This document shows, in pieces, positions 1 through 11,895 of a stretch of DNA of 64,000 bases. Position numbers and translations under genes: made by a program. This DNA comes from Macrostomum lignano (taxonomy: Eukaryota): positions 50,002 to 114,001 of the forward strand of contig NIVC01003177.1 in the NCBI GenBank assembly GCA_002269645.1, read 5' to 3'. Under the pieces are notes generated by a model, which was given only the letters and a program-made list of their open reading frames with translations, did not search any database and had not been told where the DNA came from. The first letter of the stretch is position 1; the number at the start of each line of letters is the position of its first letter.

Positions 1-235
1 AATCGGCCCTAACCACAGCCGAATAGGTGGCTTTCACGCCTGGCGAGTCATGGCACGGCAGCAGGCTTCGGGCGTGTATGGCCTGGCACTGGCTAAACAG
101 ATAGGGCAAATGCTTGCCGCTAGTCTGCTCAGGGGCCAGCCATTGCAGGGCGCTGCACTGGGGGCTTGTGCTGTAGTTCACTTGGACGCGAACGACGCTG
201 CAATGGCATTGTTGATTTTTATTGTAAATTAAAGC

Positions 236-266
<31 letters not shown>

Positions 267-270
267 GGTC

Positions 271-318
<48 letters not shown>

Positions 319-330
319 GGTTAGTTGGTC

Positions 331-389
<59 letters not shown>

Positions 390-430
390 CAGTTAGTTAG
401 TTAGTCAGTCAGTCAGTCAGTCAGTCAGTC

Positions 431-472
<42 letters not shown>

Positions 473-3339
473 CTAGCTAGTTAGTTAGTTAGTTAGTTAG
501 CTGTTGCATAGCTATTGCAATAGTCAGTTTCACACAAATACATGGTGTGCAGCCGTCCTGAGCTTCTCATTACAACCTGAGCTACCTATTGCAAACTGTG
601 GCACCGTAACCGTGGCACGTAACAACAGGTGTGGCATATCATTTTTATCTATCTAACTAACTAACTAACAAAGAGAATAATAACAGTTATTCTCTAATAA
701 AACACTTAAGCTTTAGTGAACTGTTGAAAAATTCAAGCAGATAAGAATTATAGAGTTAGCCCAGTTTCAGTAAGTTCTAGTCCAGTGTTGAAGCGAATCA
801 ACTTATGTGAAGTAAAGGCAGTTTTGTCTTATCGATCGCACTAAACTAACCTGTCTACAACTGCCTAAATAGCGATAACGAGTTACGAGCTGCAGTGCGC
901 TCAACAAATCTATAAGCCTACTTGCGATAGTTTTTAGTAAGAAATTGCCATTTCCCAAATCAGCTAGGCAAACTAGAGATCCTCTCATCTCCTCTCCTCT
1001 CTCCTTCCTCCCCTCCTCTCTCCTTCCTTCTCTCCTCTCTCCTTGCTCCTCTCCTCTCTCCTTCCTCCCATCCTCTCCCCTTCCTCCCATCCTCTCTCCT
1101 TCCTCCTCTCCTCTCTCCTTCCTCCTCTCCTCTCTCCTTCCTCCTCTCCTCTCTCCTTCCTCCTCTCATCTCTCCTTCCTCCCATCCTCTCCCCTTCCTC
1201 CCATCCTCTCTCCTTCCTCCTCTCCTCTCTCCTTCCTCCTCTCCTCTCTCCTTCCTCCCTTCTCTCTCCTTCCTCCTCTCCTCTCTCCTTCCTCCCATCC
1301 TCTCTCCTCCTCCTCTCTCTCTTCCTCCTCTCCTCTCTCCTTGCTCCTCTCCTCTCTCCTTCCTCCCATCCTCTCCCCTTCCTCCCATCCTCTCTCCTTC
1401 CTCCTCTCCTCTCTCCTTCCTCCTCTCCTCTCTCCTTCCTCCTCTCCTCTCTCCTTCCTCCTCTCCTCTCTCCTTCCTCCCCTTCTCTCTCCTTCCTCCT
1501 CTCCTCTCTCCTTCCTCCCATCCTCTCTCCTTCCTCCTCTCCTCTCTCCTTCCTCCTCTCCTCTCTCCTTGCTCCTCCCTCTCTCCTTCCTCCCATCCTC
1601 TCCCCTTCCTCCCATCCTCTCCCTTCCTCCCTCCTCTCTCCTTCCTCCTCTCCTCTCTCCTTCCTCCTCTCCTCTCTCCTTCCTCCCATCCTCTCTCCTT
1701 CCTCCCATCCTCTCTCCTTCCTCTCCTCCTCTCCTCTCCTCCCCCCTCCTCTCTCCTTCTCCTCTCCCCTTCCTCCCATCCTCTCATCTCTCCTTCCTCC
1801 CATCCTCTCCCCTTCCTCCCATCCTCTCTCCTTCCTCCTCTCTCTCTCCTTCCTCCCCTCCTCTCTCCTTCCTCCCCTCCTCTCTCCTTCCTCCTCTCCT
1901 CTCTCCTTCCTCCTCTCCTCTCTCCTTCCTCCTCTCCTCTCTCCTTCCTCCTCTCCTCTCTCCTTCCTCCTCTCCTCTCTCCTTCCTCCTCTCCTCTCTC
2001 CTTCCTCCCATCCTCTCTCCTTCCTCCCATCCTCTCCCTTCCTCCCCTACTTCCTCCTCTCCTCTCCCCTTCCTCCCCTCCTCTCTCCTTCCTCCCCTCC
2101 TCTCTTTCCTCCTCTCATTCCTGCCCTCCTTTCCTCTTTCTCCTTCCTCCTCTATTCTCTCCTCTATCCTTGCCTGTCCTGTTATGTCTCTTCTCCCTTT
2201 GTTTCTCTTTCTCCTCCATCTCTCTGCAGTACCCAAATGCACAGAAATGTAATTCGTGACTGTATTTTGTGCAATCCCTTGGAGATACAGCAATGTTCTT
2301 TTTAATATTTAAGCTTTTCATAATGATAATAAAAATGATCGATATATGTCTGCCTCACCTGCCAACTGAAGCTTGCCCAGGCAAAGCAATCTCTAGCCTA
2401 GATCCTTTAAAAGAGTCTGGTTGATGCAGCACAAACTTGAGCTCCTGAGATTTGGCATTTTCTTCTGTAGTGTTGGATAGAAGCTTTGCTGATTTTATGG
2501 ACAAATCGCGAGTGTCCAAGCACTAAAAGGAAGTTTTTAAATAGAAAAAAACTGTTATTTACAAGATATATGCATACATAATTTAGGCTATTTTATGTTA
2601 GAGACAATTAAAAATAGCTTAATAATAAGTGTTAGAGCTTAGATAAACTCAGAATTAAGTTAAGTATTTGACTTTTTGTTGAAGGATGCCAAATTTTAGA
2701 TTTCGTTGAAAATTTAGTAGTACAAAAATTGGAATTATAACTATATAAAAACTTATTCCAACAATGCTTTATAATAACTTATTGTATTTAATTTAATTAG
2801 CCTACTAACAATCCAACTGGAAATACAATGAACCACAAGAAATATAAACTATCAACTAGTTATATTGTACACAAGCTATTATTTATTTTAAAATTTATGA
2901 TTTTAATGTAAACCTTGAAAATAAATATTTTAGGAACTATTTATTTTTGAAGCAATTGTTAGAAAAAAGCAATAATACCAAAGGACAATGAAGCTAAAGT
3001 TAAATGCCATTAACAACTTGAACTAAGAATGCAACTAATGGAAAGCAAAGGCAATATAACTTATATTATAATATAAGTAGCAAAAGATAAAAAACTGAGT
3101 TTTAGGCCTATATTATTTAATTTCTGTTGGATAACAAAAAGAAAATTTGTTGATTACTATTAGAAGCACAAAGCAGCACTTTGGTGTTTACTTACAACAG
3201 TAGCAGTTTCTTCTACATTTTCAAGATGAAGAACTACATAACCAGAGATAGTCCTGGTATCAAAATTAATTGTCCAGTCAATGTCATGGTTCGCTGTTTT
3301 CCAGTTATTTAGATTCGATTGTGATGAATGATCGGTCAT
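1..3339 (-). CDS. LTA4H: Leukotriene A4 hydrolase / M1 aminopeptidase, 5' part (exons 3339-3196, 2522-2359, 197-<1); gene continues off the left edge
   Basis: Manual translation gives [39 protein letters not shown]... | [10 protein letters not shown]...[17 protein letters not shown] | [61 protein letters not shown]. This matches the LTA4H [27 protein letters not shown] signature. GT-AG introns have consistent phases (0, then 2). Confidence 0.93.
236..500 (+). repeat. (TTAG)n microsatellite with TCAG/CTAG variants, in LTA4H intron 2
   Basis: Directly visible tetranucleotide array. Confidence 0.97.
977..2220 (+). repeat. ~1.2 kb pyrimidine-only (CT-rich) degenerate minisatellite in LTA4H intron 2
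   Basis: Recurrent CCTCTCTCCTTCCTCCTCT-like units. It explains the S/P/L- and R/E/G-rich ORFs in the track. Confidence 0.95.
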
Positions 3340-3682
3340 TATTATTTTTTAAGTAAATTAGGAAACAATTGCGGGTATCAAGATGCAGGGAAATGTTTTT
3401 AAAACATCAATCTACTAACAACACAGTGCACACGACGGCAATCCGTAAGAACAATGTACTTAACTTTTTTCGTCTCAAAAACGACACATCGTGTCCGAAA
3501 TCAAATTTGTGCGATGACATGATAGCGATCTAAGAACGCAAAAAATATAACGACCTTCTAAACCCAGACCGACGAACAATTACTGCGATTACACTGCACC
3601 ACTACCATTGATTAGAAACCTTAAATAGCAGCTGAATATGAATAAGAATATAAAAATTCATTATGAATATATGATGACTTGA

Positions 3683-6600
3683 TGTTGTGAGTTTGGTTTG
3701 GCGGTTTTGGGGTGGGCCTGTGCTGTGGGTTGGGGCACGCTCATATTTGCCTATGTCTTTATTGATCGAAATGTATGCGCGTACTTTGTGCGTGACTAAT
3801 ATCAAAATATGTATATCGACTAATTTTGGCTTTTGAGCCCTCGTGTATTTTGTTATCGTCCACCAAATATTGCAGTAGTTGACTCTGTTTAAGTGGCGAC
3901 GAAGCTACGAATGAGTCTTATAGGCTCAATAGGACCCTTTGAAGAGGGCACGGAGACCTGGCAGCAATACCAGGAGCGTTTAGAGCAGTTTTTCGCTGCA
4001 AATTAAATCAGCAATGAAAAGAGACGAGCCGTGCTGCTGAGCATCTGTGGCAGGGACACCTACCAGCTGATATCACCTGCTGTCACCGGGACTGCCGAAG
4101 GACACAACTACGACGCCATCTGTGCTAAGCTGAAGGAGCATTTTGATCCAACCCCACGAGAGATTTTACGGCGATTTAGGTTCTACAGCAGAAGCCGTCA
4201 GGCAGGCGAGTCGGTGGCAGAGTTCTTGGCTGAGCTCGGGACTGCAATTTCGGCGTTGGCCTCAGCTGCAGCATGCTCTGCAGGGACCGGCTAGTCCTAG
4301 GGATCAGTGATGATTCCATTATCGGAGGCTCTTCACAGAGAAGGAGCTCTCGCTGGACATGGCGGTGTCGCTGGCACAGGCGCACGAGTCAGCCGCTCAA
4401 GGCAACCTGCTGGTAGCTAAGGCGCCGGCTCTGACACGGTGCACGCTCTTCACCATTCTGCCCGGCGAGAGGCGGCCAGTGGGTCGCCAGCGAAGCGTTG
4501 CTACCGATGCCTGTGTCCCAGCGCCACCTGGCTGCCAAGTTCCCGTTCATCAATAGTAGGTGTTACGCATGCTCGAAAACCGGACATATCGCTGCTGCGT
4601 GCAAGGCAGCGCCGCCTGCTCAACGGGATGAGAGATCGGCTGGGCCTCAGCGAGCTTCGAATCATCACGTCGACTTGACCGTCCAAGAGCTGCAGTCGGA
4701 GGAGGCAGATGAGGAAGCTTTCTCGCTGCACGTGATGGCCGCCGCCGTACGCGGCAAGATTCCCCCAATCAAGACCACCATCGACATCGACGGCACGCCA
4801 GTCTTCATGGAGGTCGATACTGGGGCGTCTGTGTCACTCATCTCTGCGAAGACCTATAACGAAGTACTGCGAGGATGTCCCAAACTCGAGCGAATCAACA
4901 CGCAGCTGCGGACGTACTCCGGAGAGCTGGTGTACCCGTCCTCGGCCAACTTCGAGTTTGCGCGCAGACCGAGGTCGCCAGCAAGGTGCTGCCGCTGCTC
5001 GTGATCGACGTTGCCGGCTCGAATCTGGTTGGCCACGACTGGCTGGCCGAACTTCCGCTGGACTTGCGCTAGGCAGATGCAACAGCATCCGTCAGGGCAA
5101 CCAGGACTCAAGAGCCTGCTGGACAAGTACGCCGAAGTCTTCGAACCGGGCCTTGGTCGATACACGGGGCCCTCGGCGCGGCCGAGGTTCTTCAAGGCCA
5201 GAAACGTCCCCGCTTGCTCTGAAGGAGAAGGTCGAGGCACAACTCAAAAAAGAGATCAAACAGGGAGTGCTGAAGCCAGTGAGCAGCTCGGACTACGCGT
5301 CTCCGTTCGTACCCGTTTTAAAGACAGATGGCTCAGTCCGCATATGTGCCGATTTTAAACAAACGGTGAACATCGACGTCCAGCCTGACACGTACCCGGT
5401 GTGGAGGATCGAGGAGCTCTTCGCAAAACTGGCTGGCGGAAAGAAATTTACCTCGCTTGACTTGTCGCAAGCGTACTCGCAGCTGCCTCTGGACGAGGCC
5501 TCGCAAGAACTCTGCACCATCAACACCAGCAAGGGGCTGCTGCGGTACACGAGAATGCCGTTCGGAGTCGCTCCCGCTGTCGGCATTTTCCAGCGCCAGA
5601 TGGACTGCCTCCTGCAGGGCATTCCCCACGTCACCTGCTTTGTTGACGACCTGCTGGTTACCGGTGTGGATGATGACAGCCACCTGAAGACGCTGGAGCA
5701 GGTCCTTGGGCGACTGCAGCAGAGCGGCCTCCGGTGCGGACAAGTGCAGTTTTATGCAGCAGAGCATCAGCTACCTCGGGCACCGAATCGACGCCGAAGG
5801 GCTGCACCCTCTCCAGGACAAGGTTCGGGCGATCCAGGATGCGCCACCGCCCCGCGACCAGACGCAGCGGCGCAGCTTCCTCGGGCTGGTAAACTATTAC
5901 GGCAAGTTCATGCCCAATCTGTCAACTGAACTGGCGCCGCTGAACCAGCTGCTGAACAAGGTCGCCCCCTGGCGATGGGAAGTTGTGCAGGACGAAGCGT
6001 TTCGCAGATACATACAAGTCGCTACTCAGCCAGGCACCGGTGCTCGCGCACTTCGACCGTCAGAAGCCGTTGGTGCTCGAGTGCGACGCCTCGCCTTACG
6101 GCATCGGCGCCGTCATCAGCCACCGAATCGACGGAGTCGACAGACCGATCGCCTTCACCTCTCGCACGCTACATGAAGCAGAGACCCGATACTCACAGCT
6201 CGATAAGGAGGCCCGCTCGCGATCATCTACGGAGTTAAGAAATTCCACATGTACCTGTACGGCCGAGACTTCACGCTGGTGAGCGACCACAAGCCGCTGC
6301 TCGGGCTGCTGCACCAGTCCAAGCCGATACCAGCACTGGCTTCTGGCAGAATCCAGCGGTGGGCGCTTCTCCTGGCCGGCTACCAGTACTCCATGGTCCA
6401 CCGAGCGGGCAATCCAGCGGTGGGCGCTGCTCCTGGCCGGCTACCAGTACTCCATCGTCCACCGAGCGGGCAAGTCGTTGCTCCGAGCCGATGCGCTGAG
6501 TCGGCTGCCGCTGCCGGAGAAGCCGAAGGAAGTGCTAACTCCAGATGAAGTCGTCCTACTCATGGACTTCCTGAACGAGGGACGGCTCGGCACATCCGGA

Positions 6601-7359
6601 CGTGGACTCGGACAGACCCGGACAATTGTCCCGAGTTCTGCAGTTTCACCGAAACTGGCTTCTGGCCGGAACGGCCGTCGCCTGAGCTGCAGCCGTACTG
6701 CACGCGGCGACCAGCCGCTCGATTGCCTCGTCCAGCTTGGACCACCAGAAAACGCTTCGAGCCAGCGCCTTTATTTTCGTGGCGCCCTGGTGCCCCTGGT
6801 GCAGACAGTGCAGCAGCGCCTCCCGACCGGCCTCAGGAACTACGACTCGGCAGCCCCAGAGCAGACAGCCGTCTTGGGTGCTCAGCTGGTCGCCGCGTGC
6901 ACCGAGTGCCAGGAGATGCAGAAGTCGCCAGGTCCGTTTCCACTGCAGCCTTGGGCGTGGCCAGACAAGCCGTGGTCGCGCCTGCACATTGACTACGCCG
7001 GGCCGGTCCAGGGCCGAATGTTGCTCGTTGTCGTGGACGCCCACTCCAAGTGGATGGACGTACATGTGATGCCTTCGACGTCGTCGACTGCGACTATCGA
7101 GAAACTGCGGTCGAGTTTCGCAACTCACGGTCTGCCGGACTTGATCGTCTCCGACAACGGTCCGAACCTGGTCAGCGCGGAGATGGAGACATTCCTGAGC
7201 AAGAAAAGCATCCGGCACGTGCGCACGTCACCGTATCACCCGGCGTCCAACGGCCAAGCAGAGCGACCAGTTCAGACTCTGAAGCGTTCGCTGGCCAAGC
7301 AGCAAAGCGGCTCCCTGGAAGAGCGAGTCTCCCGGTTCCTCCTGACGTACCGAGTGTAG
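3683..7359 (+). mobile_element. Decayed Ty3/Gypsy LTR retrotransposon (gag-PR-RT-RH-IN), 3'-truncated
   Basis: PBS-like TGGCGACGAAG at 3894-3904. gag ATG at 3911 (MSLIGSIGPFEEGTETWQQYQERLEQFFAAN*, stop 4004-4006). CCHC knuckle CYACSKTGHIAAAC, protease MEVDTGAS, RT LDLSQAY/FVDDLL, RNase H CDASPYGIG/DHKPL, integrase LHIDYAGP/SDNGP/YHPASNGQAE. Many frameshifts; ends abruptly at FLLTYRV* with no 3' LTR. The 5' LTR start (TGTTGTG, 3683) is tentative. Confidence 0.93.
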
Positions 7360-7792
7360 AGTATTTCATCTACTTTAAAAATCTATAAAAATTGTTAACA
7401 TGCTACTTATACAGTAGTATAGCAAAGGCACGTACAAAAATAAGTATTGAACCATGGCTACATTTGTATTAACCAATCAGAAATGCGAAAAGTTGGTTGT
7501 TATTTTTAGTAACCAACCAATCACTCGTGACCCACAATTGTCAAGTTAAATCCCATTTGCGATTCATCATTGGCCACGTGCAACCTACGTTTGTCTGTTC
7601 AAACCCCACCTACGATTCGTCATCGTCTTCTGAATTCTAAGGCCCGAAGCTATAGGCTTAAAAAGGCCGAACCCATCATTAATGAAAAATTATAAATTCC
7701 CATTGCTCATTAATTAATTAACTTTCATTTATATCATTTATTCAGGCTCTCTTGACTGGCGCTGACAAACAGCTGGTGGCTGACCGCCTGTA

Positions 7793-7981
7793 CAGTGGCG
7801 TAGCCAGGATTTCCTTCTGGAGGGGGGGGGGGGTCACAGTCAGTCACAGGCTCACAGCGGCAACCGGGGGCAGGCGGTGCTAGGCCTCTGCGACGGCGGA
7901 GGGGGCCTGAAAATTTGGCCCGGATCAGCCGGCTGGGGGAGTCATGACCCCCATGACCCCCCCACCTTGGCTACGCCCCTG
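7793..7981. mobile_element. 189-bp MITE with terminal inverted repeats
   Basis: Left CAGTGGCGTAGCCAGG; right end reverse-complements to CAGGGGCGTAGCCAAGG. No clear TSD. Confidence 0.75.
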
Positions 7982-8685
7982 CCATACTGCGGGAAGCGAC
8001 GTGCGCATAAAGGCAATCGAAACGTCGACTAGGTAATTAGAATTTAAAAAGATAATTTTTTCACTAGCCTTTACGAAAATTAGCTAATTATTGTTATATT
8101 GATCTTAGAAAGAAAATAAAAATGCCGTCAAATTTTCTGCCTAATTTAGGTTGCCACAGGCGCGAAACCGGCTGAGGCTAGCCGCCGCCGTCCGCTGAGC
8201 GATGCCGCAGCCTCTGGCGGTGGCGGCGAGAATCCGACCATGCAGAAAGTACGATCGAGCAGGGCGATTTAATTTGTGCTTACTGGCCAAACGGCAAAGA
8301 AAGTTGGTGGCCAGCCATGGTTTGCCTGCCACCTAGAGGAGAAAAATCTCGCCGAAGTGGCCTGCACGTGCAATTTTTTGGCAAGCCGCCAACGCGGGGC
8401 TGGATTTTCAACTGGCGGCAGTTCGACGCTCAAGCGACGATCACGGGCGACAGCAAGTCCTTTAAGATGCCCCTAAGCAGGCAATCTCGGCTGCGAATCT
8501 TCCAAAAAGGCAGGAAAGTCTCGAAAAAGATTTATGAGGCCTTCATTGCCGTCTGTGCATATACATTTAAAGAACATTATTAACATTTTTATAATCCTGT
8601 ATCTATATAATTCTATAATCCTACATTCTTTATATCCTTATATCTTTATTACATCATATCCTTTTGTTCTTTGTCCATTTGTGTC

Positions 8686-8935
8686 ATTTGTCCAACCAGA
8701 GGGTCATCTGTCCAGTTCGTGTCATTCCTTTATCTGCTTAGTGCCATTTGTCCAACCAGAGGGTCATCTGTCCAGTTCGTGTCATTCCTTTATCTGCTTA
8801 GTGCCATTTGTCCAACCAGAGGGTCATCTGTCCAGTTCGTGTCATTACTTTATCTGCGTATAGTGTCGTCATTTGTCCAACCAGAGGGTCATCTATAAGA
8901 GCGTCATCTGTCCAGTTCATGTCATTTCCTGATCC
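8686..8935 (+). repeat. 60-bp tandem repeat, ~3-4 copies
   Basis: Unit CATTTGTCCAACCAGAGGGTCATCTGTCCAGTTCGTGTCATTCCTTTATCTGCTTAGTGC. Confidence 0.93.
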
Positions 8936-9381
8936 ATAGGAGCACCCCAGTGACTGTCTCAAAGAAGTCCGATAGTGCGGTGTTGAAACAGCAGCTTTAG
9001 TATCGCGGTACATGATCGCCATAATGTCAGAGACAAGTTGCTTTGGCAAAAATACATACATAGCTATGCTTTAAAATTAATGTAATTCCAGTCATTTCGA
9101 TGCATTTTTTACATCTATCTATCTATCTATTTTCAATTTTACACTGTCAAAAAAATTATTAAAATTGAGCACAAAGGGCAACTGCGATAGGATTCGATCT
9201 GGCTTAATAAAGGTGGCTCTCTCATTGATTGATTGAGTGCTGCTCTCGAAAACGAATGGTGGCTGCTTGCATAATTTCGCCTGAGTGCTCCCGCAAGCGC
9301 GAAAAATTAATTTAATTACCCCGCCGAGAAAACGCTTTCTTCATCACAGCGTTTTCATCTATATTTCATCTATAGATATAC

Positions 9382-9577
<196 letters not shown>

Positions 9578-10521
9578 CCAACGAATCAAAAGTTCAACTC
9601 TATCTGACAAGCACTTTATACCCCTGATATCTACAGCAGACTGACTAACTAGATTTGCAGCTTTTCTTCCTGAATGTACTTGAGAGATGCAACAAGATCT
9701 AGCATCAGTTTTTTTTCTTTTTCGCATCTATCAGTCACAGAAATATTTATAAGCCAATTATTCTTCCATCAAAATCCTTAGCAAACCCATGAAGCATCAT
9801 GCATTCGATGCCAGTCACAACCCAAATGCACTGGAGAGTCGCGCTCTCGATTCTCTCCAAAAACGCATGAATTCTAAATATCGAACGCACATTTCGGTGT
9901 ACAGAGAAGCCACCTTTCACGCAGCCGTCTCTGCATTCGTGTCTCCCAAAAATCCTCCGAGAACCTCTCCCATCCATCCAGAGCAGCAATGCCCCGCACT
10001 CCAATGGAGGCAGGGCTTGGAGGCATGAAAAAGCATGGCTTGGGGATAAAAAACAGAGCGAGAGAAATTCGCTAGCCAGAAGGATTTCACGCGGTTCTTT
10101 ATTTCCTTGGCTCCTAATTGCACCTCGCAAGTTTAATTCATTGTTTTAATAAGGTAAGGCATTGTTTACTGTAAACCTTTGTTTTCTTTAATTAGACTAA
10201 TTATTACTAAAATTAATATACTAATATGGTAAATTCAAAATTACATTTTCACTTATGAGGCATAGTATTATTGTCACGAGACAATTAATTGGCATCCAAT
10301 TAACTTCCTCAGACTTTTGTTAGTGTACACCAACTCTGCTTTGTAAGCATTGGCTTAGTTCTTTAAAATATGGAAAGAAAACCATATCGACCAAATATTT
10401 AGACTGCTACATGTGATTCCGGATTAAGCTACTTAGTTCAGTTAGTAGTATACACGAGTTTTGAATTGTATCGAGTATAATTTTGTCGCTCTTTGCATTT
10501 AATCGTCATGCAGCAGTTACC

Positions 10522-10809
10522 ATGGCGACACTCCTGCTAGCATCCGGGATTCTGCTAACGCTCCTGTTGCCGTTGGCCAGTGCAGCACCCCTGCCAGAAA
10601 CGTTGGCAATAATTCGACGCACAAGTTTAAACGAGCTGAGCAGCGACATCGAGCTGCTCAACCGGATGGAGCAGCAGAGGCGACTCCGGCAGCAGTCCGA
10701 GGCGCCCGTGCCGTTCTTTTTCATGCTGAAACGCCGACCTGGTCAGCGTACATTGATTGGCCTGAGCAGCGACTACGACTGGCTAAACGACAATTCCATC
10801 GGTCGATGA
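10522..10809 (+). CDS. Secreted neuropeptide precursor (95 aa), single coding exon
   Basis: ATG in ACCATGG context. Hydrophobic signal peptide MATLLLASGILLTLLLPLASA, basic cleavage sites RR/KRR, and C-terminal -SIGR* (Gly amidation donor plus basic residue). Confidence 0.8.
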   Translation: MATLLLASGILLTLLLPLASAAPLPETLAIIRRTSLNELSSDIELLNRMEQQRRLRQQSEAPVPFFFMLKRRPGQRTLIGLSSDYDWLNDNSIGR

Positions 10810-11639
10810 TTTGGCGCATTGGCTCGATGCCAATTCTCAGCGTGAATAACTGAATTGTAGAAGGGAGCTGCGCTTGATTTTCTTAGAAATAGGTCGGAAG
10901 CCGGTAAGGAACGTGTGTTTGTCGTATTGGTATAGCCAGTGCATTTAGTATGGGGTCGCTATATCGCATAGCGCTGAATGGGGTTCTGCCATAGACAATG
11001 CGATTTGAGTTGCGACAAATTATACGTTTCTTACCGTGCCACCAGCCCATTTTCTGTATACGCTCGCGAGTACATTCTCCTCCTTTTCCCAGTGTGGCTA
11101 TGGAAAATGTTTGTCAACTGATGAAAATCATTTCGAGCAATAAATTAGAAAAACTGAATTGAACATTTGAATTATATTTATCTATCGAAAGTATCAATGG
11201 TTTTTTGACGCATGTTATTATTTGCTAAAGTGAATCAACCGTTAAATCCTTTAATAGCGATTTAAATATTTGAAGCGAAGACGTACCCAATTTTTTGTTA
11301 AAATGACAGATAACTTACTCCAGCAAATTTTTAAAACAATTAAGGTATATTCATTTTTTGAACGAAAGAGATTTTTTCGTCAGTAAAAAATCTTATTTTA
11401 TCACTTGTAGTAGATAAAGCGAGGATACTGTGTACTTTAAAACTGACAAAGCGATAAGACATAAACAAAAACCAAAAGAATTTGAAGAGAAGTGTTTTTT
11501 AACGGTTTTGAACACAGAGACGTCAGAGCAACGTTTATTAATGTGTCAGTAGCCTCACTATTAACCAATGAATAACCTTTGACTGTGGGAGCTGTTCCCG
11601 CATGCCTATTATTTCTGTGGCTGTCTGGTGCACCTTTAT

Positions 11640-11800
11640 TAGCTGCCTGATGCCCCCTCTGTAGCTGCCTGATGCCCCCTCTGTAGCTGCCTGATGCCCC
11701 CTCTGTAGCTGCCTGATGCCCCCTCTGTAGCTAAGCTGATGCCCCCTCTGTAGCTGCCTGATGCCCCCTCTGTAGCTGCCTGATGACCCCTCTGTAGCTG
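11640..11800 (+). repeat. 22-bp minisatellite, ~7 copies, between the convergent neuropeptide and GPCR genes
   Basis: Unit AGCTGCCTGATGCCCCCTCTGT. Confidence 0.93.
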
Positions 11801-11895
11801 TCGCCCGTCCCATCTTGCAGATCATCAGTGAGGAAAAGTCTCAAAGAAAGTGAGAGAGGAGAATTCTCGCAGATCCCATACTTCAGTTTCACAGT

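Noticed and set aside
236-500. (TTAG)n as an interstitial telomere
   Set aside because: The unit is a tetramer, not TTAGG or TTAGGG; it is an ordinary microsatellite.
803-2305. Long ORFs (up to 435 aa) on both strands
   Set aside because: Translations of a CT-rich minisatellite inside an LTA4H intron; stop-free only because of base composition.
4176-7369. Numerous minus-strand and alternative-frame ORFs
   Set aside because: Shadows of the GC-rich Gypsy pol sequence with no independent motifs.
10483-10521. TTG start given by the ORF track for the neuropeptide
   Set aside because: In a eukaryote the ATG at 10522 (ACCATGG) directly precedes the signal peptide.
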